Shown in pieces: positions 1-9,504 of a stretch of DNA of 64,000 nt. Source of the DNA: Pseudomonadota bacterium (GTDB lineage: Bacteria; Pseudomonadota; Alphaproteobacteria; Paracaedibacterales; CAIOTO01); the NCBI GenBank assembly GCA_040387495.1, contig JAZKDQ010000001.1, forward strand, positions 1-64,000, in the 5' to 3' direction. Positions within the stretch are counted from its first letter, which is position 1; each line of letters begins with the position of its first letter. The notes under the pieces were generated by a model. That model made no database searches, was not told the DNA's origin, and saw only the letters and a list, made by a program, of their open reading frames with translations. Both the position numbers and the translations under genes were made by a program.

Positions 1-3000
1 AATCCTTTAAAGCGGAATGCATCACCTACGGCAGATGAGACAGCGTCATCAGACGTCGGGTTGTTTTGGAAGACGAGATTGGTAAGTTCCACTTGATCTG
101 CAATTGGGGCTGTGGAGACATCACCAAGTCCGCTGTCAGGTGAGACGATGTCTGTTGAGTCAATAGTGATGTCTCCTGCGACAATAGTATTAACACTCCC
201 CGGCAAATTACCATCTACTTGCGTTGCGCCAATCGCGATTGGAGCGCCTGTATTTTCATATTGCAAAATGAGCGCTTTGTGGTCTTTTGCTGATCCAGGC
301 TGATTGAGTTTACCAATTTTGAACGTCATACCAGTTTGTGGCACAAAGCGTACATCAAACTGGTCTATACTTAATGTCCCTCCTGCCTCTAAGATATTAT
401 AATCGATCTTTCCTGCAGGATAGGCGCCACCGTTATCAGTGTTCATTAAGATTTTAAGTATATGTGTTCCTTGAAGATCAATATTTCCACTAGCAACACC
501 TCTGCTTGACTGACCAGCATTATTGATTTCAATAGTAGTGATTGACCCTGTAAGTGCTGTATAATTTCCTGCTATGGGTGTTGTTCCTATCGAGTTACCA
601 GGTTTGAATGTACCGCCAGCCTGTAGGGTAAGGTTTTTCATGGTACCAACACCACTTACAATAGCACCCGCGCTAACATTAACATCTGCAAGTCTCATGT
701 CACTATTTACGGCCAAATTACCGGCCGTTGCCCTTAGCGTGCCATCATATGTCGACGTGCCCGTTCCTGTTAGATTTGTTTTTCCAGGGCCACTAAAGGT
801 TAGGTCAGGAGCAACGCCTCCTACAGAAGAGCCTGCGATGACTTTTTCAATGGTTGCGACAACATCTGTTGGTACAACAAAAGAAGCTGCGTTATCAACA
901 ACAACAGTGTTTTTAATGGCAACGGTAGGATTAATACCCGTTGCATCACCAAGGTTAACGGTTGTGCCAGGCGCGGCTAATTTAAATTCACCAGTACCAA
1001 GGTTGGCGCCATTAGCAACATTGATTGTACTTGATGCTGCTGTAACTTCTATATTACCTAGCATAGTGCTGCTATTGTCGGCAGAAAATGTAGTTATACC
1101 GCCGCCACTTATATTTAATGTTGTGCCAGTTCCACTGGTAATTGGTTCTGTTATTTTTGTTTCACTGCCACCAGCAGTTTGAAGAGTTGATACGCCTGAT
1201 ACAGTTATCGCGTCGGCTAATACTTTTGCAGAACCTCCTATGCCAGACGTTGTGTTGGCAAGTGTTCCTCCAGCAAGGTCAATTGGTGTTCCTGTGGTAA
1301 GCGTCGCTGTTGATACTGATCCACCAGAAGTGATGGAAACAGGAGCGGTTGTGTCATTCGAACCTATAGCAATTGTATGACCTGGTGCAATCGAGGCAGT
1401 CGTTGCGCCTGGTGCTGTTTGATTGGCGCCAATAGTAAATGGTGCAGTAGCAGTTAATTTAAGCAATATTGCTTTGTTATTGGTTGCTGCTCGCCCTACA
1501 TCAATGGTAAGACCTGCTTGAGCTGTCCATGTGATATCCGTAATATCACCTGTTAATGTTCCACCGGTGATCATAATAGGGTAATTGATCACAACCGGTA
1601 CATCAACAGAGGCTCCAGTTGCGTAAATACCTGCTCCCATTAATAAGTCAGTAGCCAGATTTGTTAATGTTGTATTACCTGTAACGTTAATCTGGCTTGA
1701 ACGACCATCAGCGCCGATCCGCACATAATACCTGGCCCCTGAATCAGTTGTTAGAGTCGAAGCAGAGATTGAACCAAGTGCTGTTTCTGTTCCAGGTTTA
1801 ATGATCGCGCTATTTGTTAAGGCAAGGTCGCCCATAGAACCTGTTCCACCGATAACGCTGTTTGTCCCTGCGTTTACCGTTGCGCCTGTCGGGCCATTAA
1901 TAAGAAGGTTAATGTTGGTTGCCCCAATGGCGCCTGTGTAACCACTACTTGCTCCTGAAAGCTTAAGGATTCCTCTGTTGGCAGGGTTACTGCTGACGGT
2001 TATTGGATTAGTTCCAGAGAAAGCACCTGTTAAGTTCGCGGTTTCGCCTGCATTAACAGTGAAGCTTGAGGCGCTTGCAATAGAAAAGGCATTATTTAGG
2101 GTAGTGCTGCCTAAGATTAAGCCATTTCCAGTGTTAAGAGTAATTAATCCAGTACCAAGGTTAGATCCATTGCCAATGTTGACTTTTGACGAGATTCTGA
2201 CAGCCCCAGTAAAGCCTGAGTTATTAGCTGTGATATAGGTGATATTGTCGGGGGCCGCCCCACCGCTGATATTAAGTGTGCCACCTCCCGAAAGCGCACC
2301 TGACCCAAGATATACTGATCCAACATTATTCGTTAACGTTGTATTTCCTGAGATTGCAATTCCAGAATTGGTAAGCGTTGTTGAGTTCCCACCACTTGGG
2401 TTTGTGAAATTAATCGTTGATCCCGTTAAACTAAGTGCGCCAGTACCAAGGTTTGCGCCAGAACCCAGATTAACAGTTGCACCAGATCCAACGGCGACAG
2501 TGCCTAGCAGTCCTGCATTAGTTGAATTGATATTCGTTGTGCCACCCGTCACGTTTAAGGTTGAACCAACACCGCTTGTAAGTGCACCGCTCAGGGTAGA
2601 TGTGCCTGTTGTGTTAATGGTGCTTGTGGTTGCTCCTATTAACGTAACGGCATTAAGTGATCTGCCAGTGGCAAGGTTAACGGTAGCTGCCGTGAGATTG
2701 AGGCCTGCTGAACCAAGGTTTGCACTCGCGCCCAAGTTAAGTGTTGCGCTAGATCCAACAGCGACGGTGCCCGCTAGATTAGGGTTCGCAACAGTTACGG
2801 AAACTGTTTTTCCACTGCTAACATTTAAGCTTGCAGCAGCATTGCTGACCATTGCTGCATTAATTGTTGTTTGTCCCGTTCCGCCTAAATTAACCGTACC
2901 ACCCGCAGGGGTGGTTATCACACCATTGATAACGGTAGCGCCTGCGCCATTAATGTTAAGGGTTGATGCCGCTGTTTGTGTAATTGCATTTCCAAAAGTT

Positions 3001-3514
3001 GTTATGCCCGATGCGGCTGTTGTCAGCGTTGTTGTTCCTGTGCCAGCTACTGTAACTGCGCTATTGTTTAGAGTTGTTGTGCCAGCAAAATTAATGGTTG
3101 AGTCAGTTAAACCTAATGAGCCACTACCAAGATTCTTACCTGATGCTAGATTTACCGTAGCTGCACCCACCGTTACAGCACCTGTATTTGTGTTAGTTGA
3201 ATTTATGTTGGCAACACCTGTTCCATTGACATTAACAGGCATAGCTCCACTTAAGGATCCATTTACAGTAACAGCCCCGCCAGTTGTTTGTAAGTTAAGT
3301 GCTGAATCACCATCACTTGTAATGGCATTGCTTAAACTACCACCTGCAGCGACAGTAACTGTTGCCCCTGTTAATCCTAATGCGCCCGAACCCAGATTAG
3401 AACCGGATGCGATTGTGGCGATTGATCCAGTTCCCATTGTCACAGCCCCGGTAAGGTTGGTGTTTGACCCTGTGAATGCGGCGGTACCTGTGCCGCTGAT
3501 AGCAACAGGAACGG
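1..3514 (-). CDS. Downstream part of a giant autotransporter-like beta-helix adhesin, after the frameshift; runs off the left window edge
   Basis: Minus-strand frame (codons starting at + positions divisible by 3) showed no stop in the stretches I translated, and no ORF of this frame is in the track, as expected if it has no stop in the window. G/T/A/N-rich repeats, e.g. LTFSGPGKTNLTGTGTSTYDGTL, FKPGNSIGT. Continues the repeat register of 3397..6453. Confidence 0.8.
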
Positions 3515-4357
3515 AAGGCACTTGCTACTGTGATGACAGAGCCACCTGCTTGTAAATTCATTTGTGAAGTACTATCACCCGTAACTGTTGTGTTTCTGAG
3601 CGCGCCACCTGCCGTAACGTTAACTGTTGCTCCAGTCAGTCCTAAGGATCCAACACCCACATCAGCACCAGATGCCACATTAACAGTTGCGCTAGATCCA
3701 ACAGCGACGGTGCCCGCTAGATTAGGGTTCGCAACAGTTACGGAAACTGTTTTGCCACTGGTAACATTTAAGCTTGCCGCAGCATTGCTGACCATTGCTG
3801 CATTAATTGTTGTTTGTCCCGTTCCCCCTAAATTGACCGTACCACCCGCAGGGGTGGTTATCACACCACCGATAACGGTAGCGCCTGCGCCATTAATATT
3901 GAGGGTTGAGGCTGCTGTTTGTGTAATTGCATGTGCAAAAGTTGTCGTTCCAGCTGCGGCGGTTAATGTTGTTGTTCCTGTGCCAGCCACTGTGACTGCA
4001 CTATTGTTTAGAGTCGTTGTGCCAGCAAAATTAATCGTTGATCCAGTTAAACCTAATGCGCCAGTACCCAGATTCTTACCTGATCCTAAGTTCACCGTAG
4101 CTGCACCCACTGTTACAGCGCCTGTATTTGTGTTAGTTGAATTTATGTTGGCAATACCTGTTCCGCTGATGTTAACAGGCATAGCACCACTTAATGTGGT
4201 ATTTACCGTGATGGGAGAAACACCTGTTTGTAAGTTAAGAGTCGAAGCGCTATTTCCTGTAACGGCATTGCTTAAACTACCACCTGCCTCGACGTTTACC
4301 GTGCCCCCTGTTAACCCTAATGCGCCCGACCCAAGATCAGATCCTGCTGCGATTGTT
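2743..4357. repeat. Internal direct duplication in the adhesin gene: ~2743-3417 vs ~3686-4357
   Basis: gttgcgctagatccaacagcgacggtgcccgctagattagggttcgcaacagttacggaaactg starts at both 2743 and 3686 (offset 943); similarity continues for about 670 bp. Confidence 0.9.
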
Positions 4358-6453
4358 GCTGTTGAAGAACTAATTGCAACAGCACTTGCAAGACCAGTAT
4401 TGTTTGCTGTTAGTCTTGTCGTTCCGCCGCCATTTAGAGTTAATGTGCCGCTGGAGCCTTTTAATGCTCCACTGAACGTAGTAACAGCACCACTTGTTGT
4501 TTCGATTGTTGAGTTACCTGCAATAGAGATTGGTTGAGCTACTGTTGCTGCGCCCGTCGTAAGGGTTGATCCAATCAATGATATATATTGATATGAACTC
4601 AATGAAGATGCCGCAGCTGTTTCTCCTGTAAGAATGCGCCGCTTGGCTGTTCCAGCAGCTGTTTCATTGGCAATAATTGTTACAGGCGTTGTGATTGTTG
4701 ATACTAATGAAATTGTTTTTGTGACTGTATCCAGACCAATATCAAATTCGAGCCCTGTTTGTGGTTCCCATGTGAGCTCAGAAACATTTCCAGTTAGCGT
4801 GCCACCCGCAATTATAATTGGTCGGCTCGTGACGCCAATTGGATAGATTAGATCTACTACTGGGCTTGAAGTGTCATCTGGATTTCCATAACTATCAAAC
4901 GTTGTGCCAGAATATCCTGCATCCATTAATACATCAACAACAACACCTGATCCCAAAGTTGCATTGCCTGAAACGTCAATTTTATTGGCGGCGGTTGTGT
5001 TCATTTCCACTGTATAATGCGTATCTGTGGCGTTTAAGCTTGCCATAGTGCTTGTGCCGACAGAGTTTCCAGGTTTAAGAGTTGCTCCAACTGCGGTAAC
5101 AGCGCCGACTCTGCCCGACCCACTAATGGTAGAGCCTGCGCCAGCACTTACAGCCGTGCCACGCATATCACCATTAAATGCAGCTTTGACATCCGTAGCT
5201 GCAACAGTTCCTGTGTAGGAAGGATTATCACCTTCAAATTTTACAGCGCTACCGCTTGCGCCTGCTAAGTTAAGATTACCGCCGGCTATTTCACCAGAAA
5301 ATTCCATTGTTGCGTTGGCAGCAGGGGCAATGTTCGCTGTTCCTCCTGGTGCAATATCTAATTTAGTTGCTATGGCACTGGTTGTACCTGCGTCACCCTG
5401 AATAGTTGCGCCATTTCCTGCAACAATAGAACCTGTAACTTTTGTTAATTCACTTGAACTTATAGGTATTGTTGTAGAAAGAACTTTATCAATCCCTGAG
5501 AATTTAAAAGATATTGCTCCGTTTGCTTGTGTTGCTGTTACATTAAGTTCTAGGTAATCAGGGTTAGCTGGGTTAGCATTTGTGACAAAAATCTTATCTG
5601 GTAAAGTAGTAGTGGTCTGAATAGGGCTATTTGGTAGACCGTTTGTATAAGTGACATTGGTTGGGTTATATCCCCATGTGTTGTCTGATTCGCCAATTCC
5701 CGAGCCAGTATTGTTCCATGTAATTGCTGTATAAGGTGCGCCCCCACTTGCTGCTGATGGCCAGTAGCCTGGTTTTGGTGTGATGTATATTGTTCCGTTG
5801 GTAGCATCAAATGCGCCCGTGATTATAACTTTATCACCTAAAGTCGGGGTGAAATATAGCCACGTTTTCCCTATTGGTGCATAATCGCCATTTATAGTCA
5901 TATCTGTACCGATTGGTACAGTGGCCCCACTAGGTGCCAAAGCATTCGTTCCGCCGCCACTGGGTGATACAACACTATTTCCATCATTACTATGCACAAT
6001 GCTCGTATTAATAGGGCCCGGACCCGCTAGTGTTGCCCCGCTTGCTATTGTTGTTGTTTGAGTTGAGTTAACACCATGCGCCCCTTTGGCAAAAAAACGA
6101 CCGGCAGAGATTATTGTGTCGCCTGCATATGTTGATGATCCTGCGACATAATCTCCAGGACCATCCTTTTCAAATGGCTCGCCTGGATTAGTGGGATTAT
6201 CCACCATTTCCACAGCGAATACTGTCTTTCCGGTAAGAACTCTTGTTTGGTTTGGTGGCAGGAGGACTGGCGAGGAAGATACCGAAACAAAACCTATTTG
6301 AGCCGCATATAGCATACTGCATGTACCCAGAAGTTCTAAAATTATCCCTGTATACACACAATGCTGAATAGATTTTTTAGATACATGTAGCTTATGTTTT
6401 TTTACAACAAGTTTTTTAGAACATGTTTTTTTGTCGTTTGCTTTTAACTTCAT
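3397..6453 (-). CDS. Upstream part of the same giant adhesin (passenger-associated beta-strand repeats); frameshift at 3514/3515
   Basis: Long basic N-region plus hydrophobic signal (MKLKANDKK...GIILELLGTCSMLYA), repeats KDGPGDYVAGSSTYAGDTIISAG and LKPGNSVGT. Composition collapses after ...ITVASA. Start placed at ATG 6453 rather than the track's 6621. Confidence 0.8.
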   Translation of the reverse strand: MKLKANDKKTCSKKLVVKKHKLHVSKKSIQHCVYTGIILELLGTCSMLYAAQIGFVSVSSSPVLLPPNQTRVLTGKTVFAVEMVDNPTNPGEPFEKDGPGDYVAGSSTYAGDTIISAGRFFAKGAHGVNSTQTTTIASGATLAGPGPINTSIVHSNDGNSVVSPSGGGTNALAPSGATVPIGTDMTINGDYAPIGKTWLYFTPTLGDKVIITGAFDATNGTIYITPKPGYWPSAASGGAPYTAITWNNTGSGIGESDNTWGYNPTNVTYTNGLPNSPIQTTTTLPDKIFVTNANPANPDYLELNVTATQANGAISFKFSGIDKVLSTTIPISSSELTKVTGSIVAGNGATIQGDAGTTSAIATKLDIAPGGTANIAPAANATMEFSGEIAGGNLNLAGASGSAVKFEGDNPSYTGTVAATDVKAAFNGDMRGTAVSAGAGSTISGSGRVGAVTAVGATLKPGNSVGTSTMASLNATDTHYTVEMNTTAANKIDVSGNATLGSGVVVDVLMDAGYSGTTFDSYGNPDDTSSPVVDLIYPIGVTSRPIIIAGGTLTGNVSELTWEPQTGLEFDIGLDTVTKTISLVSTITTPVTIIANETAAGTAKRRILTGETAAASSLSSYQYISLIGSTLTTGAATVAQPISIAGNSTIETTSGAVTTFSGALKGSSGTLTLNGGGTTRLTANNTGLASAVAISSSTATIAAGSDLGSGALGLTGGTVNVEAGGSLSNAVTGNSASTLNLQTGVSPITVNTTLSGAMPVNISGTGIANINSTNTNTGAVTVGAATVNLGSGKNLGTGALGLTGSTINFAGTTTLNNSAVTVAGTGTTTLTAAAGTTTFAHAITQTAASTLNINGAGATVIGGVITTPAGGTVNLGGTGQTTINAAMVSNAAASLNVTSGKTVSVTVANPNLAGTVAVGSSATVNVASGADVGVGSLGLTGATVNVTAGGALRNTTVTGDSTSQMNLQAGGSVITVASAFRSCCYQRHRYRRIHRVKHQPYRGCDNGNWINRHNRIRF

Positions 6454-6621
6454 TCTGACATCGCAATTCATGGGGATTAAAATGCATTTATATAAAATTT
6501 TACACACCTTGTAATTAAATTCAACATAAATTTTCTTGTGCCGTTTTATTATGCAAAGGCATGTCTTGTGTATGGAGGAGAACGTCATCTTCAAATCAGA
6601 TGTTCGTGCAAACCTTGGCAA

Positions 6622-6653
6622 CTTGCCGCGTCATAGCCTCAGACGTAGGCGGG
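6622..6653. repeat. GC-rich REP-like imperfect palindrome upstream of the adhesin
   Basis: cttgccgcgtcatagcctcagacgtaggcggg in AT-rich intergenic DNA; resembles the core of the hairpin at 7792-7824. Confidence 0.35.
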
Positions 6654-6839
6654 AGGAGTAAGTTCGGAGATGAGACATTAGGAATATTACCTACCCGTTT
6701 TGCGCAAAAACTTTTATAAATATATTTTTAGTTATTGTTTTGTTAATTTAGTTTTATTTCTATGTAACTTTTTTTTTGCTTATAGAAATAATGTCTTATG
6801 TGATGTTGAATTAATAGTGCGCCTATTTTTATCTATATT

Positions 6840-6854
6840 TTAACTATTTATTAA
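6840..6854. promoter_or_regulatory. CtrA-type box TTAA-N7-TTAA
   Basis: TTAActatttaTTAA; an equivalent site lies upstream of the paralog at 8377-8391. Confidence 0.5.
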
Positions 6855-6919
6855 TAAAAATCCTTGTATCATACTGATTGGATACTAAATTTATATTTTC
6901 ATTCATTAGGAGTTTTTAA

Positions 6920-7747
6920 ATGACTGCACATACAACAACTTATTCACATAACACAGAATGGAATGTAACTCGCCTCTCTTCACGTTTCTGGGGTAAATGC
7001 GCACGCATGTTGTCCGTAGTTGCAATTAGTGCGGTGGCTACAGGTAGTGCGTTTGCGACTCTTGGTGCTGGTAGTGATACTAACCCACAAGTGGATGCTA
7101 CTTTTATTGGCACACAGTATGCAACAGCCCGAATTGCAGGTGTTGATAGCCAACCTCTTGCATTTCCAGCTCTCTTAAGTCCTGCTACAAATACAAACGG
7201 TGATTATTATAGTATAGTTGGTACTAGCTTTACTACAGCCAATGGTGGAACCATTGGTGGTAATGCAAGATTTGAAGCTGCATCGCAAACTTCTGCTTTT
7301 AGCGCAACTAATGCTCCCCATTCTAATACCTTTACATACACTCCAGCTCCTGGATTCTGTGGTCAGGATGTAATCAATTACCGTGTGTATGACGCCACTA
7401 TTGGTGCCAATCCAATTTCTGTTGCACTAGCATCGATTACTATTAACGTTACTCCTTCATTGGTAGAGGCTCCAGCAACTAATACCACAACAACTATTGC
7501 TGCACTTGCTGGTGCTGGTGTGATGCTTGTAAAAGGAACGGGTACTTCAGGACAACCTGCTGGAACAGTTGAGTTAACAGGTAATGCTGGTGCTAATACG
7601 GCTACAGGCGGGATAATTGTTGATGGTGGACGTCTTTCCCTTGCTAATAATAGCGGATTTACAACTCCTTTGACAATTGCTGCAAAACACGGTGCTAAGG
7701 TAGATTCTTTTGCTAGCGTTACTTTTGCTAAAGTAATTCTTGGTTAA
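6920..7747 (+). CDS. Secreted protein with an Ig-like (Big_9/cadherin-like) domain and C-terminal autotransporter-type beta-strand repeats; paralog 1
   Basis: RBS AGGAG; signal ...ARMLSVVAISAVATGSAFA; FTYTPAPGFCGQDVINYRVYD motif; GTVELTGNAGANTATGGIIVDGGRLSL repeat. Confidence 0.8.
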   Translation: MTAHTTTYSHNTEWNVTRLSSRFWGKCARMLSVVAISAVATGSAFATLGAGSDTNPQVDATFIGTQYATARIAGVDSQPLAFPALLSPATNTNGDYYSIVGTSFTTANGGTIGGNARFEAASQTSAFSATNAPHSNTFTYTPAPGFCGQDVINYRVYDATIGANPISVALASITINVTPSLVEAPATNTTTTIAALAGAGVMLVKGTGTSGQPAGTVELTGNAGANTATGGIIVDGGRLSLANNSGFTTPLTIAAKHGAKVDSFASVTFAKVILG

Positions 7748-7869
7748 TTTAAATAACACAAACGTTTTCTGTGAGCTATATGCCCGGATCACCTGTCCAC
7801 CCAAAGCCATTTGGGATAGCGGACGCCCGGGAAATACAGAAAAGACCTTTCGAAAGAATTTAATACATG

Positions 7870-7897
7870 AAAGGGGGTCCTATGGACCTCTTTTTTT
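7870..7897 (+). terminator. Rho-independent terminator
   Basis: aaagggggtcc-tat-ggacctcttttttt. Confidence 0.8.
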
Positions 7898-7985
7898 GCA
7901 TAAGAACCTTCCTTCTTTTTTGCGTTATAGCTATTCCCATATAAATTGATTAAGCAGTGCTCAAGTTTTCTAGTAGCTAAATCGT

Positions 7986-8281
7986 TAGCTTCCCTGGGAC
8001 GTGAGCCGAGGGTTCATGGATGTTTAATAACTTATTATTTAAGTTGATTGATAGTTTTTATATAAAATTCAAAAGTAAGTACAGTTCCATTGATGGATCC
8101 TCCGGTTAAACCGGAGGAAAACTAAAAAGTTGGTATACCTTTTCTGAATTCTTTAACGTTCAATGATTGTAACATCCCCCCCTAGTTTCCCTCGGGTGTG
8201 ACCTGAGAGGCCATGCCTAAGCACAAGATGGATTATCTGGTCACGCCAGATAAAAACTAAAAAAGTTAGTATACCTTTTCT
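7986..8281. repeat. Two tandem copies of a double-hairpin REP/MITE-like element (7986-8145, 8183-8281)
   Basis: Both start tag(c/t)ttccct..., contain gatggat plus a hairpin (cctccggttaaaccggagg / tatctggtcacgccagata) and end aaaactaaaaagtt(g/a)gtataccttttct. Confidence 0.75.
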
Positions 8282-8376
8282 AATTTTCATAGGAGTCGTT
8301 CTCCAACGCATTCTGTTCATGTTACCAATCATCTCTATTTATTTATATATTATTGTTGTATTTATTATTTGTATTA

Positions 8377-8391
8377 TTAACTATTAATTAA
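8377..8391. promoter_or_regulatory. CtrA-type box TTAA-N7-TTAA
   Basis: TTAActattaaTTAA followed by ttgtat...ttggatactaaattta, as upstream of paralog 1. Confidence 0.5.
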
Positions 8392-8447
8392 TATAATAGT
8401 TGTATTGTAATAGTTGGATACTAAATTTAATTTTCAGGAGATTTAAT

Positions 8448-9296
8448 ATGAATGCACATTCAGAAATTTATTCACACACCACAGAACAAAATGAAACTCG
8501 CTCAAATAATGTTCCACAATTGTCTTCACGTTTTTGGGGTAAATGCGCACGCATGTTATCCGTAATTGCGATTAGTGCTGTTGCTACAGGTAGTGCGTTT
8601 TCGATTACTATCACTGGTGATACTAACCCACAAGTGGATGCTACTTTTGCTGGCACTGCATATACCACAGCCCGAGTTAGTGGTGTTGATGGCCAACCTC
8701 TTGTGTTTCCTGTTCCTACAAATGTTTTAGGAACAGTACATTATAGTATAGATGGTAGCAGCTTAACCACAGCTAAAGGCGGAAGTATTACTGGTGCTGC
8801 CAAATATGAATCCACTCCTCAATCGGGTGCGTCCAGTAGTTTTATTTCAACTAATGCTCCTACTGAAGGTAGCTTAACTTATGCTCCAGCTGCTGGGTTT
8901 TATGGTCAGGATATAATCCCTTATCGTGTGTATGATGTCTCTTCTACTGGCGGCACTAGCCTAACGGTTGCAACAGGAACACTAACTATTAATGTTGCAC
9001 CTGCATTGATAGAGGCTCCAGCAACTACTACCACAACAACTATTAACGCACTTACAGGTGCTGGTGTGATGCTTGTAACAGGAACAGGTACTCCAGGACA
9101 AGCTCCTGGAACGGTTTCGTTAGTAGGTGATGTTACTGCTAATGCGGGCTTTACAGGCGGGGTATCTGTTGATGGTGGAAGTCTTTCACTTGGTGCTAAC
9201 TTCGCAGTGTCAGGTGGTTTGTCAATTGCCGCAAAACATGGTGCTAAGGTAACTTCTTCTGGTAACTTTACTTTTAGCAAAGTAATTCTTGCTTAA
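8448..9296 (+). CDS. Secreted Ig-like domain protein, paralog 2
   Basis: AGGAG precedes ATG 8448; collinear with 6920..7747 (LSSRFWGKCARMLSV, DTNPQVDATF, TYAPAAGFYGQD, AAKHGAKV...TFSKVIL). Confidence 0.8.
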   Translation: MNAHSEIYSHTTEQNETRSNNVPQLSSRFWGKCARMLSVIAISAVATGSAFSITITGDTNPQVDATFAGTAYTTARVSGVDGQPLVFPVPTNVLGTVHYSIDGSSLTTAKGGSITGAAKYESTPQSGASSSFISTNAPTEGSLTYAPAAGFYGQDIIPYRVYDVSSTGGTSLTVATGTLTINVAPALIEAPATTTTTTINALTGAGVMLVTGTGTPGQAPGTVSLVGDVTANAGFTGGVSVDGGSLSLGANFAVSGGLSIAAKHGAKVTSSGNFTFSKVILA

Positions 9297-9323
9297 GTCA
9301 GCTTCGAATGAAGGCTAGTGATT

Positions 9324-9353
9324 AAAAGGGGCCTTATGGACCTCTTTTTTTTT
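9324..9353 (+). terminator. Rho-independent terminator, paralogous to 7870-7897
   Basis: aaaaggggccttatggacctcttttttttt. Confidence 0.7.
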
Positions 9354-9504
9354 GTGTTACGGCTTTATGATATTTATCTTCAGCAAGCCAGTGCAGTTAA
9401 ATTGGCCGTGCAACCATTTCACTACTCTCCACACAACACACATTGGTTTTCACGGCATTATGCGTTAGAATCCATAAAAACATACCATAAAGATGATGTA
9501 AAGT

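Noticed and set aside
112..5218. Long plus-strand ORFs (574-1182, 2239-3555, 3530-4537 and others)
   Set aside because: Val/Pro/Ala-rich antisense shadows of the minus-strand adhesin; their frame change at ~3530-3555 mirrors the frameshift.
6454..6621. N-terminal extension of the 1074-aa ORF
   Set aside because: Runs through AT-rich intergenic-like sequence; the signal peptide fits a start at 6453 (or 6471).
6590..6720. Possible c-di-GMP riboswitch upstream of the adhesin
   Set aside because: Could not find the conserved GEMM motifs on the coding strand; treated as a REP-like palindrome.
7986..8281. Possible mini CRISPR array
   Set aside because: Only two degenerate units, unequal spacers, no cas genes in the window.
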